This document shows positions 45,543-54,963 of a stretch of DNA of 64,000 bases, piece after piece. Made by a program: the position numbers and the translations under genes. The DNA lies in assembly GCA_050916045.1 (NCBI GenBank), contig CP051526.1, forward strand, positions 2,112,001 through 2,176,000. The letters run 5' to 3'. Below the pieces are notes generated by a model, which saw nothing but the letters and a program-made list of their open reading frames with translations, ran no database searches and was not told where the DNA came from. Positions within the stretch are counted from its first letter, which is position 1. The number at the start of each line of letters is the position of its first letter. Origin of the DNA: Tepidisphaera sp. (GTDB lineage: Bacteria > Planctomycetota > Phycisphaerae > Phycisphaerales > UBA1924).

Positions 45543-47471
45543 TTAGGTCCGCGGCGGCTCTTCGTCTTCGACGACGACGACCTCTTCGACCGGCTGATAG
45601 GCACCGGGGGCGCGGGTGAGGAGGGTGACGCCCTCGGGGAGCTGGGCGGCGACCTCGGAGACGACGTCTCCGGCGAGGGCGCGGGAGACGACCGCTCGCT
45701 GGCTCTTGCCCATGATGAGCGTGTCGCAGCCGAAGGTGACGGTGTAATCGAGAATCTCGGCGGCGACCTCGGCGCTGGTGATGTAGATCGGGAAGACGGG
45801 GACGCCGGCTTCGCGGGCCATGCGGACGACGGTGCCGAGAGCTTGCTGAGCGTCGGGGTCGGTCTCGATGCGGGGGACGTTGTTGGGGACGACGTCGACA
45901 AGGCGGAGGGTGCGGACGAAGATCACAAAGAGCACGCCTCGACGGCGGCGGGCGAGATCGACCGCGAACTGGGCCTGGTCGCGACCTCGGGCGGCGAGCA
46001 TGATGCGCGGGCCGGAGGTCGTGGGGAGCTTGGTGATGGACTTGAGCTCGGGGAGCCAGCCGCCGTCGGGCTCGGCCATGATGACGCGAGCGGCGCGGGC
46101 TTGGAGGAATGCCCGGCCGATGAGCACGGTGCCGACCATGAGCGCGGCGAAGAGCCCGGCCCGGGGCTTGTCGACGATGATCGTGATCTCGACCGCGAGC
46201 ATGAAGAGCCCGACGCACCAGAGGCCAGCGCGTTCACCCTTGGAGATCGGGAGGTCCCGGTTGTACGCGCAGCAGAGGAGGTTGATCGCGATGGCCCCGA
46301 CGACGCCGACCGCGTAAAGCTCGGCCAAGAGGGTCACGCTGCTCCCCACCACCATCAGGAGAATGATCGGAGCGGCTGTCGCGAAGAGGAGGCCGACCCA
46401 CGGCACGCCCGAGTAGTTGAGCTTGGTGAACCGCGCCGGGACCTCGCGATCCTGGCCCATGGCGTAGAGGACGGAAACCATCGCCATGATGGCGGTGTTC
46501 GCGGCGGAGAGGAGCAGCATGCCGAAGACGATCGCGGCGATCTTGCCGAAAGTCGCGCCCGGCTTTTCTCCAAGCCAGTGCTGTCCGGACTCGGTGGCGA
46601 GGACCTCGACGGCGGTGTTTCGGTACTCGATGATCTCGGGGTTGAGGGCTTTGTCGACCTGCTCGGAGGTGAGCCCCTGCTGAATCAGCGGGATGGCGTC
46701 GGTGTAGTAGTGCGGCTTGGCGACCTCGATGAGGTGCGGGAGTCCGGAGATGGCGATGCCGAAGATGAGGTTGAAGATGACGACTTCGATGAGGACGGGC
46801 CAGATCGTCTTCTTGGCGGTCGAAGCGACCGGTTCCTTCATCAGGCTGGTCATGTTGCTGACGGCTTCGACGCCGGAGAGAGCAAGCATGATGGCAACCA
46901 GGCTGTGCCAGCGGTCCCAAACGCCGCCCTGGCCGGGGGCGGACCACTGAAGGTGCTGGACACCCTTGAAGAAGTACGGCATGCAGAGGATGCCGATGAT
47001 GAACGAAACGCCAAGCGACAAGGTCGCGATGACCATGGCGAACTGGCCCGCGCGGCGGGCGCCGAACCAGTTGATGAGCCCGAGTGCGGCCAGCGCCACC
47101 ACGGTCAGCGGCTTGACCCATTCGTTCGAGACGCCGAAGTAGTGGAACGCTTCGACCGACGAGAGCGTCGCGGTCACGATGTAGTCGCAGAGGAGCAGCG
47201 TCGCGCCGATGACCGACAGGATCTCGCTCAGCCGCCGCGCCGAGGCGTACACGCCGCCGCCGTCGGGGAAGCACCGGCAGACCACCGTGTACCCCCACGC
47301 CACCGCCACCATGATGAGGGACATCACGCCCAGGTAGAGAGCCGAAGCGTGCGCGGTGTAGAAAAACGCAAGCCCGAGCACGTATAGCCGGCTCGTACCC
47401 CAGTCGCCGAAAAGCAGCGGCCCCGCGTACAGCCAGCTCAGGTTCCTCGGACGCTTCTCGGCAATCAGCAT
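45543..47471 (-). CDS. APC-superfamily transporter (KimA/KUP-like) with a C-terminal universal-stress-protein-like domain
   Basis: LFGDWGTSRLY, GGGVY, LLCDY, SGVEAVSN, about 12 TM segments. C-terminal EILDY...DTLIMG...LAGDV. Confidence 0.8.
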   Translation of the reverse strand: MLIAEKRPRNLSWLYAGPLLFGDWGTSRLYVLGLAFFYTAHASALYLGVMSLIMVAVAWGYTVVCRCFPDGGGVYASARRLSEILSVIGATLLLCDYIVTATLSSVEAFHYFGVSNEWVKPLTVVALAALGLINWFGARRAGQFAMVIATLSLGVSFIIGILCMPYFFKGVQHLQWSAPGQGGVWDRWHSLVAIMLALSGVEAVSNMTSLMKEPVASTAKKTIWPVLIEVVIFNLIFGIAISGLPHLIEVAKPHYYTDAIPLIQQGLTSEQVDKALNPEIIEYRNTAVEVLATESGQHWLGEKPGATFGKIAAIVFGMLLLSAANTAIMAMVSVLYAMGQDREVPARFTKLNYSGVPWVGLLFATAAPIILLMVVGSSVTLLAELYAVGVVGAIAINLLCCAYNRDLPISKGERAGLWCVGLFMLAVEITIIVDKPRAGLFAALMVGTVLIGRAFLQARAARVIMAEPDGGWLPELKSITKLPTTSGPRIMLAARGRDQAQFAVDLARRRRGVLFVIFVRTLRLVDVVPNNVPRIETDPDAQQALGTVVRMAREAGVPVFPIYITSAEVAAEILDYTVTFGCDTLIMGKSQRAVVSRALAGDVVSEVAAQLPEGVTLLTRAPGAYQPVEEVVVVEDEEPPRT

Positions 47472-48000
47472 GCGTGGGGTCTGCGAACGGAGCCGCGACG
47501 AGGCGGGCTCTCAAGCGGGTCGGATCAGCGTATCCCCGGCCGCCGGATTGTCACGCCCACGCCCGGAGGCGTCCGAATCTGTGCCCACACTGTGAGTTCA
47601 CAGGCATCCAGACTCGCCACGAAGGCCGCTAGCGGCACGACACAAGACCTCCGCGAGTCCCCGTGTCTGCGCTTCACGCGACGGATGAGCGCCTGTGTGA
47701 GCACGTCGGCCACCGACAACGGCCGAGCGATGTGATTCGAGCGCTCGCTAATGACAGCGTTCATCGCGCACCGCTCTCGCGACTGTGACGCTTCGGATGA
47801 AAGTTTCTTCATGTGGAGAGTTGTGAGTTTGTCGCAATAGGGGTGATTTCCCCATTGTTGCAACGCTCGTGGTCATCTGACATAGTACATGTGCGGCGAT
47901 GCGAGGCATCGCCAAGACTCGTTGGTGATCGCGAGCGGCGCGGTCGGTCAGCGGTAACTTCAGCCCGCTTCTCGCGGCGCCGACACCAAGGAACCCGTTC

Positions 48001-50022
48001 ATGTCGACCTGTCCGCTCTGTGTTGAGCACGCCACCGGCGGATTCTGGTCGAACCTCTTCGCCACGGACTTTGTGCCGCGTGCGGAGTGCGTGGGCGACA
48101 GGCCCGAGATTATCTGGCTTCACGTCGCTTCGGACGCGGCGATCGCGCTTTCGTATTACTCGATCCCGCTGGCTTTGGGGTACTTCGTTTACAAGCGGAA
48201 GGACCTTGCGTTCGGTTGGATGTTCAAGCTCTTCGCCGCTTTCATCCTCGCGTGCGGGACGACGCATCTGATGGCCGTGGTCGCGTACTGGCACCCGATG
48301 TACCGACTCGACGGCGTGATCAAAGCGGGCACGGGCGTGCTCTCGATCCTCACCGCGATGACGCTCTGGCCACTGATCCCCAAAGCGCTCAGCCTTCCGC
48401 TTCCGTCTGAACTCCGCAACCTGAACCGCAAACTCGAGGAAGAGATCGTCGTGCGGCGTCAGGCCCAAGCGGAACTGGAGCAGGCCCGGGCCGGGCTTGA
48501 AGCCGCCGTCGCGGCCCGCACCTCCGAACTCGCAAGCGTCAACACGGCGCTCTCCGCGAGCGTCGCCGAGCTTGAGTCGATCTATTCCAGTGCGCCGCTC
48601 GGATTGTGCCTGGTCGACGACGAGGGCCGGGTCCTGAGACGGAACGAGCGGATGGTGTCGATCGTCGGACCGTCGATCGGAGAGATCGGCCGACGCCTCG
48701 CCGACGCCGCTCCCGCGATCGACCGGCTCGTCCAAGCGATGGTCAAGCCGACGCCGGGCGAGACGGTGGACCCTGTGCTTCGTATCCCAGCGCCGCAGAA
48801 TCACGGGGCGCAGACCGTGCTCCTCGTCGCGGCACAGCCGGTCCGAGGCCCCGACGGCCAACCGACCGGCGCGTGCATCGCGGTCAAGGATGTCACCGAC
48901 CGGGCCAGGCTGACCGAGCAGGTTCACCAAAGCCAGAAGATGGAAGCCGTCGGCCAGCTCGCCAGCGGCATCGCCCACGACATCAACAACACCCTCACCG
49001 CCATCTACGGCTACCTCAGCCTCGCGCTTGTCGCGCTCGAGAAGAACCACGCGGCCACACCGTACCTTGAGAAGATCGCCATCGCCGCCGAACAGGCAAG
49101 CCAGACGACGCGCACCCTCCTGACCTTCGCCAAGCCGGCGCCGCCTCGCCGCGAGCCCGTCGAACTGGCTCCGATCATTCAGCAAGCGATGTCCATGGCC
49201 CGCGGTCTCATGCCGGCAACCATCGATGTCAATCTCGACATCAATGAGGACGGGTGCTTGTGGGTGCAAGCCGATCCGACGCAGCTTCAGCAGATCTTCC
49301 TCAATCTCGCGATCAACGCTCGCGACGCGATGGGCAAAGACGGCAAGCTGACCGTCTCGCTCCGCCGCAGCGGAGACTCCGCCCGGATCTCCTTCGCCGA
49401 CAACGGCGTCGGAATGTCCGCGGAGGTGCAAGCTCGCATCTATGAGCCCTTCTTCACCACCAAATCCAGAGGGGAAGGGACCGGGCTCGGCCTCGCGGTC
49501 GTTCAGGGGATCGTTCGATCGCACAACGGCGCGATCTCGGTCGCGTCCGCTCCGAACCAGGGCACCACCTTCACGCTTGACCTGCCGGCGATCGTTCCGC
49601 CCGGCACGCAAGCTGTCGCGAAAGGCCCGGGAACGCCCCAGCGCGGCGCGGGCACCATCCTTCTGGTCGAAGACAACTCGCACGTGCGAGAGCTCCTCAC
49701 CTCCGGCCTCCAGGCGGCGGGCTTTCACGTCATCCCGGTGGGAAGCGGCGACGCCTTTCTGGAACAGGCGCAGAAGCTCAATCTCACGGCGACGGCGTAC
49801 ATCCTCGACATCGACATTCCGGGCCGTCTGGGCACGGAGTGTCTCGCGGATCGCCGCGCCCGGGGCGATCGGACACCGGCGATTTTCATCAGCGGCGGTC
49901 GGTCGCTCGATGTCACGACCGACTCGCTGACCAAGGTGCTCGCCAAGCCGTTCCATTCCTCGGATCTGATCCGCGCGATCAACGCGGTCATTCTCTCGTC
50001 GCGACTTTCGACCGGCCAATGA
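48001..50022 (+). CDS. Hybrid histidine kinase with an N-terminal ethylene-binding (ETR1-type) domain, PAS, HisKA, HATPase and REC
   Basis: SDAAIALSYYSIP...FILACGTTHL. PAS SAPLGLCLVD. H-box GIAHDINN. DNGVGM, EPFFTTK..GTGLGL. REC LLVEDN..ILDID..LAKP. Confidence 0.9.
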   Translation: MSTCPLCVEHATGGFWSNLFATDFVPRAECVGDRPEIIWLHVASDAAIALSYYSIPLALGYFVYKRKDLAFGWMFKLFAAFILACGTTHLMAVVAYWHPMYRLDGVIKAGTGVLSILTAMTLWPLIPKALSLPLPSELRNLNRKLEEEIVVRRQAQAELEQARAGLEAAVAARTSELASVNTALSASVAELESIYSSAPLGLCLVDDEGRVLRRNERMVSIVGPSIGEIGRRLADAAPAIDRLVQAMVKPTPGETVDPVLRIPAPQNHGAQTVLLVAAQPVRGPDGQPTGACIAVKDVTDRARLTEQVHQSQKMEAVGQLASGIAHDINNTLTAIYGYLSLALVALEKNHAATPYLEKIAIAAEQASQTTRTLLTFAKPAPPRREPVELAPIIQQAMSMARGLMPATIDVNLDINEDGCLWVQADPTQLQQIFLNLAINARDAMGKDGKLTVSLRRSGDSARISFADNGVGMSAEVQARIYEPFFTTKSRGEGTGLGLAVVQGIVRSHNGAISVASAPNQGTTFTLDLPAIVPPGTQAVAKGPGTPQRGAGTILLVEDNSHVRELLTSGLQAAGFHVIPVGSGDAFLEQAQKLNLTATAYILDIDIPGRLGTECLADRRARGDRTPAIFISGGRSLDVTTDSLTKVLAKPFHSSDLIRAINAVILSSRLSTGQ

Positions 50023-50046
50023 TGCCCGCTTCGGTATACTGCCGGG

Positions 50047-50817
50047 ATGCACACGGTCATTCGCGCCACCCTCTGCTTGCTGCTCTCCCTCTCCGCGGCT
50101 TTGCTCGCCGCTCTCGCGGGCTGCGGCTCTGGCCCAGCGCCCGCTTCGCCGCCGCCGTCCGCGGTGCCATCCGGATCGCAACCCGCGCCGTGGTACGAAG
50201 CCGAGATTCGCGCTTTCGAAGCCGCGGACCGCGCCGCGATGCCCGCCCCGGGAAGCGTGCTCTTCATCGGAAGCTCGAGCATCCGCTTGTGGTCCACCCT
50301 CGAACGCGACATGGCTCCGGCGCGGGTGCTCAACCGCGGCTTCGGCGGCTCGAAGACCGCGGATGTGCTGGCGGTCTTTGACCGGATCGCCGCTCCGTAC
50401 AACCCCGCGATCATCGTTTACTACTGCGGCGACAACGACCTTGGCACCGACAACACGAACGCCCAGGCCGCCGCCGACGGGTTCGTCGCGTTCGACCGTC
50501 GCGCTCGCGCCCTCTGGCCGTCCGTCCGCACGTTCTACCTGCCCATCAAACCGAGCTTGGCACGATGGAACAACTGGCCCGCGATGAGGGAAGCCAACCG
50601 CCTCGTCCGCGAGTACTGCGAGCGGACGCCCGGCGCCGCGTATCTCGACACCGTCTCCGTCACGCTCGGTCCCGACGGCAAGCCCGACCCCACGCTCTTC
50701 ATGCCCGACGGCTTGCACATCAACGCCCGCGGATATGAGAGCTGGACCACCGTCGTGCGTCCGGCGGTCCTGGAAGCGTGGTCGCAGAGGCCTCGTGAAG
50801 CTGCCAGTCGAAGGTAG
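50047..50817 (+). CDS. GDSL/SGNH hydrolase lipoprotein
   Basis: Lipobox LAGC. FIGSSS, NRGFGG, CGDND, DGLH. Confidence 0.9.
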   Translation: MHTVIRATLCLLLSLSAALLAALAGCGSGPAPASPPPSAVPSGSQPAPWYEAEIRAFEAADRAAMPAPGSVLFIGSSSIRLWSTLERDMAPARVLNRGFGGSKTADVLAVFDRIAAPYNPAIIVYYCGDNDLGTDNTNAQAAADGFVAFDRRARALWPSVRTFYLPIKPSLARWNNWPAMREANRLVREYCERTPGAAYLDTVSVTLGPDGKPDPTLFMPDGLHINARGYESWTTVVRPAVLEAWSQRPREAASRR

Positions 50818-50957
50818 TGTACGGAGTGCGACACAGAAGTGTGCCGTTTGCACGCCCGTCCGGCGTTGTTGTATCATGCGCTCCATCTCGTGCGTGCCTC
50901 CGAGTCGAGTCGTTTTTCGGGCGTGTCAGGTTTTGGATCGCGTAGGAGGGCTGGTTC

Positions 50958-53057
50958 ATGAACAGGGTCATCACAGCGGCGGCGTCTCTTTCCATGATCG
51001 TCGGCGTTGTCGGCTGCTCAACGGAGCAGTTTCAAAGCAATCTCGTCTCGACACACCTCGCCGTGCTTTCGGTCGAGAGCTTCGATTCGGCACGCCGAAA
51101 GCTGAGCCCGAACTTCAAGCTGACGGGGGACGATGCGGTCAAGCTCGTCAATCCGACGATCGGTGGAGCGGCTTCGTCGCGTCTTGATTCGCTCCGCGTG
51201 GGAGGCGAACTCGGCGTGGACATCACACCGGACGCGATCGGGCTGGGCGATGCGGAAGCGCCGGCTCTGCCGGGATCGGCTCCGCGTCCGCCGGTGTTCT
51301 CCGGACCCGCGAACTTCAAGGACCTGCTGGAGCAGGCGTCGCCTTTCCGCACCAGCCGGATCCTCGAGTATCAGCTCGCCCAGTCGCTTTTCGAGCAGGT
51401 TTCGATGCTGAACTCGACGGTGGCGGCCGCGGCCATACCTCAGGGCTACCAGGGGTACATCGTGCAGCTTCAGGTTGCGGTGATGCCCCGCACGCAGAAC
51501 CTGACGGCGGACATCTACGCCGACATCGCTTTCTTCTCGGTCACCAAGAATCTTGACATCACGAAGTCGCGTCTGGCGCAGCAGGCCCAGCTCGGGAGCG
51601 GCCAGGGTCCCCTGACGCCGGATTCGCGGCGGATCAGCATCATCCCGCTGCTGAGCACCGACAGCCTGGAATCGGTGGTGAACAGCTCGAGCGTCGACGA
51701 GGTCCGCGCGATCTCCGGCGGCCTCCGCGCCGCGGCCAGCCGCGTCAACCTCGGCGTCTCCGCCGAGCGGATCCTGGAGCAGATCCAGGCGTCGCTGGGC
51801 AAGCGGCTGTTCAGTTCGTACTCGGTCGCTCGGCTTTCGGAGAACACGCTGCGTGCCCGGTTCGGAGCGGTGCCCGACGGGTCGGGAGCGTCGCGGGCCG
51901 TCCCTCGGACGCACAAGGTGCCGGTGCTGCTGCTGATCCCCGACGACTTGGCGACTGTGCTGCAATGCAGCTGCGGCAAGGTCGAGTTGATCGCTTCGGC
52001 CAAGTATGTGATCGTCGATCCGACCACCGGTGAGGAGGGCCAAGCCATCTCGTTCACCGATCTCGTGGGCGAGGGCATGTCGAGGATCTCGAGCTATTTC
52101 GCGCTGCCGGGGGGCGATTCGCTGCTCGACGGGAGGAGTCGGGAGGATCTCGGAGAGGTGCTCAAGCTCGCGATGCTGGCGCAGAACAACGACTATCAGG
52201 GCTTCCTCGATGGGTCGAATGCTCTGACGGGACATCTGAAGAAGCGTGCGAAGCTTCCAGAGTGCGATGCGAAGTTCCAGCTGATTGCCGAGATCACGCC
52301 GGAGTCATTGTGGCTTGAGATGACCAACCTGGTCACCAAGACCCAGTACGCGGGCGCGAGGTTCACGATTTCGCCCATGCCGGCCAGGCTGACGGCACCG
52401 AAGGCGGTCGTGGCGATCGACGACGAAAAGACCGTCACGATTACGCTCGCCGGAATCCCCGCGGATCGCATCCGGCCGCACCAGGTCTCGTTGGTCATGC
52501 CGAATCTCGGAGGCAAGGAGTTCTTCCCCGATTCCATCTCCGAGGGTGCCGGCGGTGCCGCGAAGCTGACTTTCCCCAGCTTGAAGAAGTTCGACAAACA
52601 GGCGTCGCTGATGCTCTCGCTCCCAGCGGAGGAATTCGCAAAATCACCCGCCCCCGGGCCCATCCCGGTTGAATGGATCTCCAGCAAGTCAGACGCAAAG
52701 GCCCCGCCGCCGCTCCTGAGCTCCACCAGCGACTTTGTCAACACCCCCGTCAATGGCTACTCGAAAGCGGTCGTGGTCGTGAACTCCAAAGCCGCCGGGG
52801 AGGCGCCCTTCGAAGCATTCACATTGAAGATGGTGGGCGGCTCCCGCAACGTGGGGCCGAACAGCTCAGGCATGATCGTCTCTCCCGAATCCGCAGCGAA
52901 GGTTCAGGGGAACAACATCGAGATCCTCGAGAGTTGTGTGATCACGCTCGACTTGACAGGTCTGACCCCTCACGGCGACCTCAATTTCATCGCCGTCGAC
53001 AAAAAGGACTCGCCTCTCAAGCTGCCTGGCTCGACGCTCACCTTCAGGGTCCAGTGA
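50958..53057 (+). CDS. Large hypothetical lipoprotein
   Basis: 699-aa ORF with SD AGGAGG and lipobox VVGC. No family recognised. Confidence 0.7.
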   Translation: MNRVITAAASLSMIVGVVGCSTEQFQSNLVSTHLAVLSVESFDSARRKLSPNFKLTGDDAVKLVNPTIGGAASSRLDSLRVGGELGVDITPDAIGLGDAEAPALPGSAPRPPVFSGPANFKDLLEQASPFRTSRILEYQLAQSLFEQVSMLNSTVAAAAIPQGYQGYIVQLQVAVMPRTQNLTADIYADIAFFSVTKNLDITKSRLAQQAQLGSGQGPLTPDSRRISIIPLLSTDSLESVVNSSSVDEVRAISGGLRAAASRVNLGVSAERILEQIQASLGKRLFSSYSVARLSENTLRARFGAVPDGSGASRAVPRTHKVPVLLLIPDDLATVLQCSCGKVELIASAKYVIVDPTTGEEGQAISFTDLVGEGMSRISSYFALPGGDSLLDGRSREDLGEVLKLAMLAQNNDYQGFLDGSNALTGHLKKRAKLPECDAKFQLIAEITPESLWLEMTNLVTKTQYAGARFTISPMPARLTAPKAVVAIDDEKTVTITLAGIPADRIRPHQVSLVMPNLGGKEFFPDSISEGAGGAAKLTFPSLKKFDKQASLMLSLPAEEFAKSPAPGPIPVEWISSKSDAKAPPPLLSSTSDFVNTPVNGYSKAVVVVNSKAAGEAPFEAFTLKMVGGSRNVGPNSSGMIVSPESAAKVQGNNIEILESCVITLDLTGLTPHGDLNFIAVDKKDSPLKLPGSTLTFRVQ

Positions 53058-53062
53058 CCTGT

Positions 53063-54136
53063 CTACCGCTTCCCGAAGAGGTAGTGCGACACAATCCACT
53101 CGCGGCCGCGATCGAATGCCCAGAGTTCCTCACAGGCCATGAAGAAGACGCGCCAGCGGTTCAGCCACGCTTGCGCGGACTTCCCGTAGTGGACGCGGAG
53201 GATGTCCATCGCGTCGCCGCGGCGGGAGTCGAGGTTGTCGAGCCACGCCCGCGCGGTGCGGCCGTAGTGCACGCCATCCACCCGCCAGTGGTCGCGGATG
53301 CGGAGATCCTCGGTGAAGTGAAGCAGCAGGTCGTCGGACGGCATCGTGCCGCCGGTGAAGAAGTACCGACCCATCCAGTCCTGCTCCTCGAAGTGGTACG
53401 CGAATCGCGTGTGCGTGAAGATGTGGACGAAGAGCTTCGCGTCCGGCTTCATCCACGACGCGACGCGTGAGAGAAGCGTCTTGTAGTTCTTCATGTGCTC
53501 GAACATCTCGACGGAGACCACGCGGTCGAACTGGTCCGTGAGCGAGAGGTCGTTGGCGTCGGCCGTGATGACCGTGGGCGGGCGGACGCCGCGGCGAGCG
53601 GCTTCGGACAGGATGAACTCCCGCTGCGGACGAGAATTGGAGACAGCGGTGATCCGCGCCGACGGGTACTTCTCGGCCATCCAAAGCGTGAGGGACCCCC
53701 AGCCGCATCCGAGTTCGAGAATGTCCATCCCGTCGCGAATCTCGGCCCGTTCGCAGGAGAGGCCGAGCATCGCTTCCTCGGCTTGGCCGAGCGTGGAGAC
53801 CCCTTCGGGCCAGAACGCCCCGCTGTACTTCAGCCTCGGGCCCAAGCAGAGCTTGAAGAACTCCGGCGGCAGTTCGTAGTGCTGCTCGTTGGCGTCCTTG
53901 GTGCGGATCGCGACGGGCGCCTGCGAGAGGTCCTCCACCATCGCGCGGAAACGGGCCGAGACCGCGTCCACGCCTCCGCGGCCTTCGAGCCCAAGCCGTT
54001 CCCGGAGCAGCTTGCGGATGCACGCCCGCATCACGACATCGGGGATCCATCCCCGGTCCAGAAGCGGCTCGTACCACGCGGGGGTCGGGGTCGTGCCGGT
54101 CGGGGCGATCGTCGGAGAGGTGAGTGCCTGTGTCAT
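53063..54136 (-). CDS. SAM-dependent methyltransferase (CFA synthase / coclaurine N-methyltransferase-like)
   Basis: [62 protein letters not shown]. Confidence 0.88.
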   Translation of the reverse strand: MTQALTSPTIAPTGTTPTPAWYEPLLDRGWIPDVVMRACIRKLLRERLGLEGRGGVDAVSARFRAMVEDLSQAPVAIRTKDANEQHYELPPEFFKLCLGPRLKYSGAFWPEGVSTLGQAEEAMLGLSCERAEIRDGMDILELGCGWGSLTLWMAEKYPSARITAVSNSRPQREFILSEAARRGVRPPTVITADANDLSLTDQFDRVVSVEMFEHMKNYKTLLSRVASWMKPDAKLFVHIFTHTRFAYHFEEQDWMGRYFFTGGTMPSDDLLLHFTEDLRIRDHWRVDGVHYGRTARAWLDNLDSRRGDAMDILRVHYGKSAQAWLNRWRVFFMACEELWAFDRGREWIVSHYLFGKR

Positions 54137-54963
54137 GAGGGATTCCCCGCGGAGTCAGACGACGGGCCCGCTGCGGCGGCCCGCGGAAACCAAGGAAAGA
54201 AAGCGGAGGTGGTCTGCTGGTACCGCCGGTACGCTTCCGGACGCGACTTCAAAGCACGGGCTTCCGTCGGGGGGATGCCGGTGACCTTGAGCACGAAGAA
54301 GAGGATGAGAGCAGGCGCGGTCCACGCGAGCCAGCCCATCGGCGCGGCAGTCGCGATCGTCGCGTACCCGATCCAGATCAGCCACTCGAAGAAGTAATTG
54401 GGGTGCCGCGAGTATCGCCACAAGCCGACATCGCACACCTGGCCCTTCGAGGTCGCCCGCTTCTTGAAGGCTTTGAGCTGGCCGTCCGCAAGCGACTCGC
54501 CGACGATCCCGATGATCCAGATCGCAAGGCCGGCCCAGTCCAGCCATCCCGGCCCGGGCCGCGCGTCCAGCGAACCAAGAACGAACGGCGCGGACAGAAC
54601 CACGACCAGCAACGCTTGAGCTTCGAAGAACGCAAGCATGACCGGCTGAACACGCGAGCCAAGCTTCTCCCGCATCATCTGGTATCGACCATCCTCAGGA
54701 CCCTTGAGCACGCGATCAAAAAGGAGGTGCGACACGAGCCGCAAGCCCCACACCGCGCCCATCGCCCCGAGGATCAGCCTCCGCTCCGCATCACCTGGGC
54801 CCGTCACCGCACAGAACGCCGCCGAAAGCCCCAGGCACGCCGCCCAGCCGACATCCACGACGCCCGCATCACGCGTCTTCCACTGGATCGCCCACAGCGC
54901 AAGCATCACCGCGCCCGCTCCCGCCGCGATCCACGCGAGTTGTGCCGTCCATTCGAGTGTCAC
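54133..54963 (-). CDS. DUF1295 (steroid 5-alpha reductase-like) membrane protein
   Basis: [62 protein letters not shown] overlap with the upstream gene. Confidence 0.9.
   Translation of the reverse strand: MTLEWTAQLAWIAAGAGAVMLALWAIQWKTRDAGVVDVGWAACLGLSAAFCAVTGPGDAERRLILGAMGAVWGLRLVSHLLFDRVLKGPEDGRYQMMREKLGSRVQPVMLAFFEAQALLVVVLSAPFVLGSLDARPGPGWLDWAGLAIWIIGIVGESLADGQLKAFKKRATSKGQVCDVGLWRYSRHPNYFFEWLIWIGYATIATAAPMGWLAWTAPALILFFVLKVTGIPPTEARALKSRPEAYRRYQQTTSAFFPWFPRAAAAGPSSDSAGNPS

Noticed and set aside
47472..48000. Riboswitch (e.g. c-di-AMP) or small ORF upstream of the KimA-like transporter
   Set aside because: Hairpins exist (about 47834-47861 and GGCGATGC/GCATCGCC at 47895-47913), but I could not match a riboswitch consensus. 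The small minus-strand ORF 47525..47764 has no supporting features. An Rfam/Infernal scan would decide.
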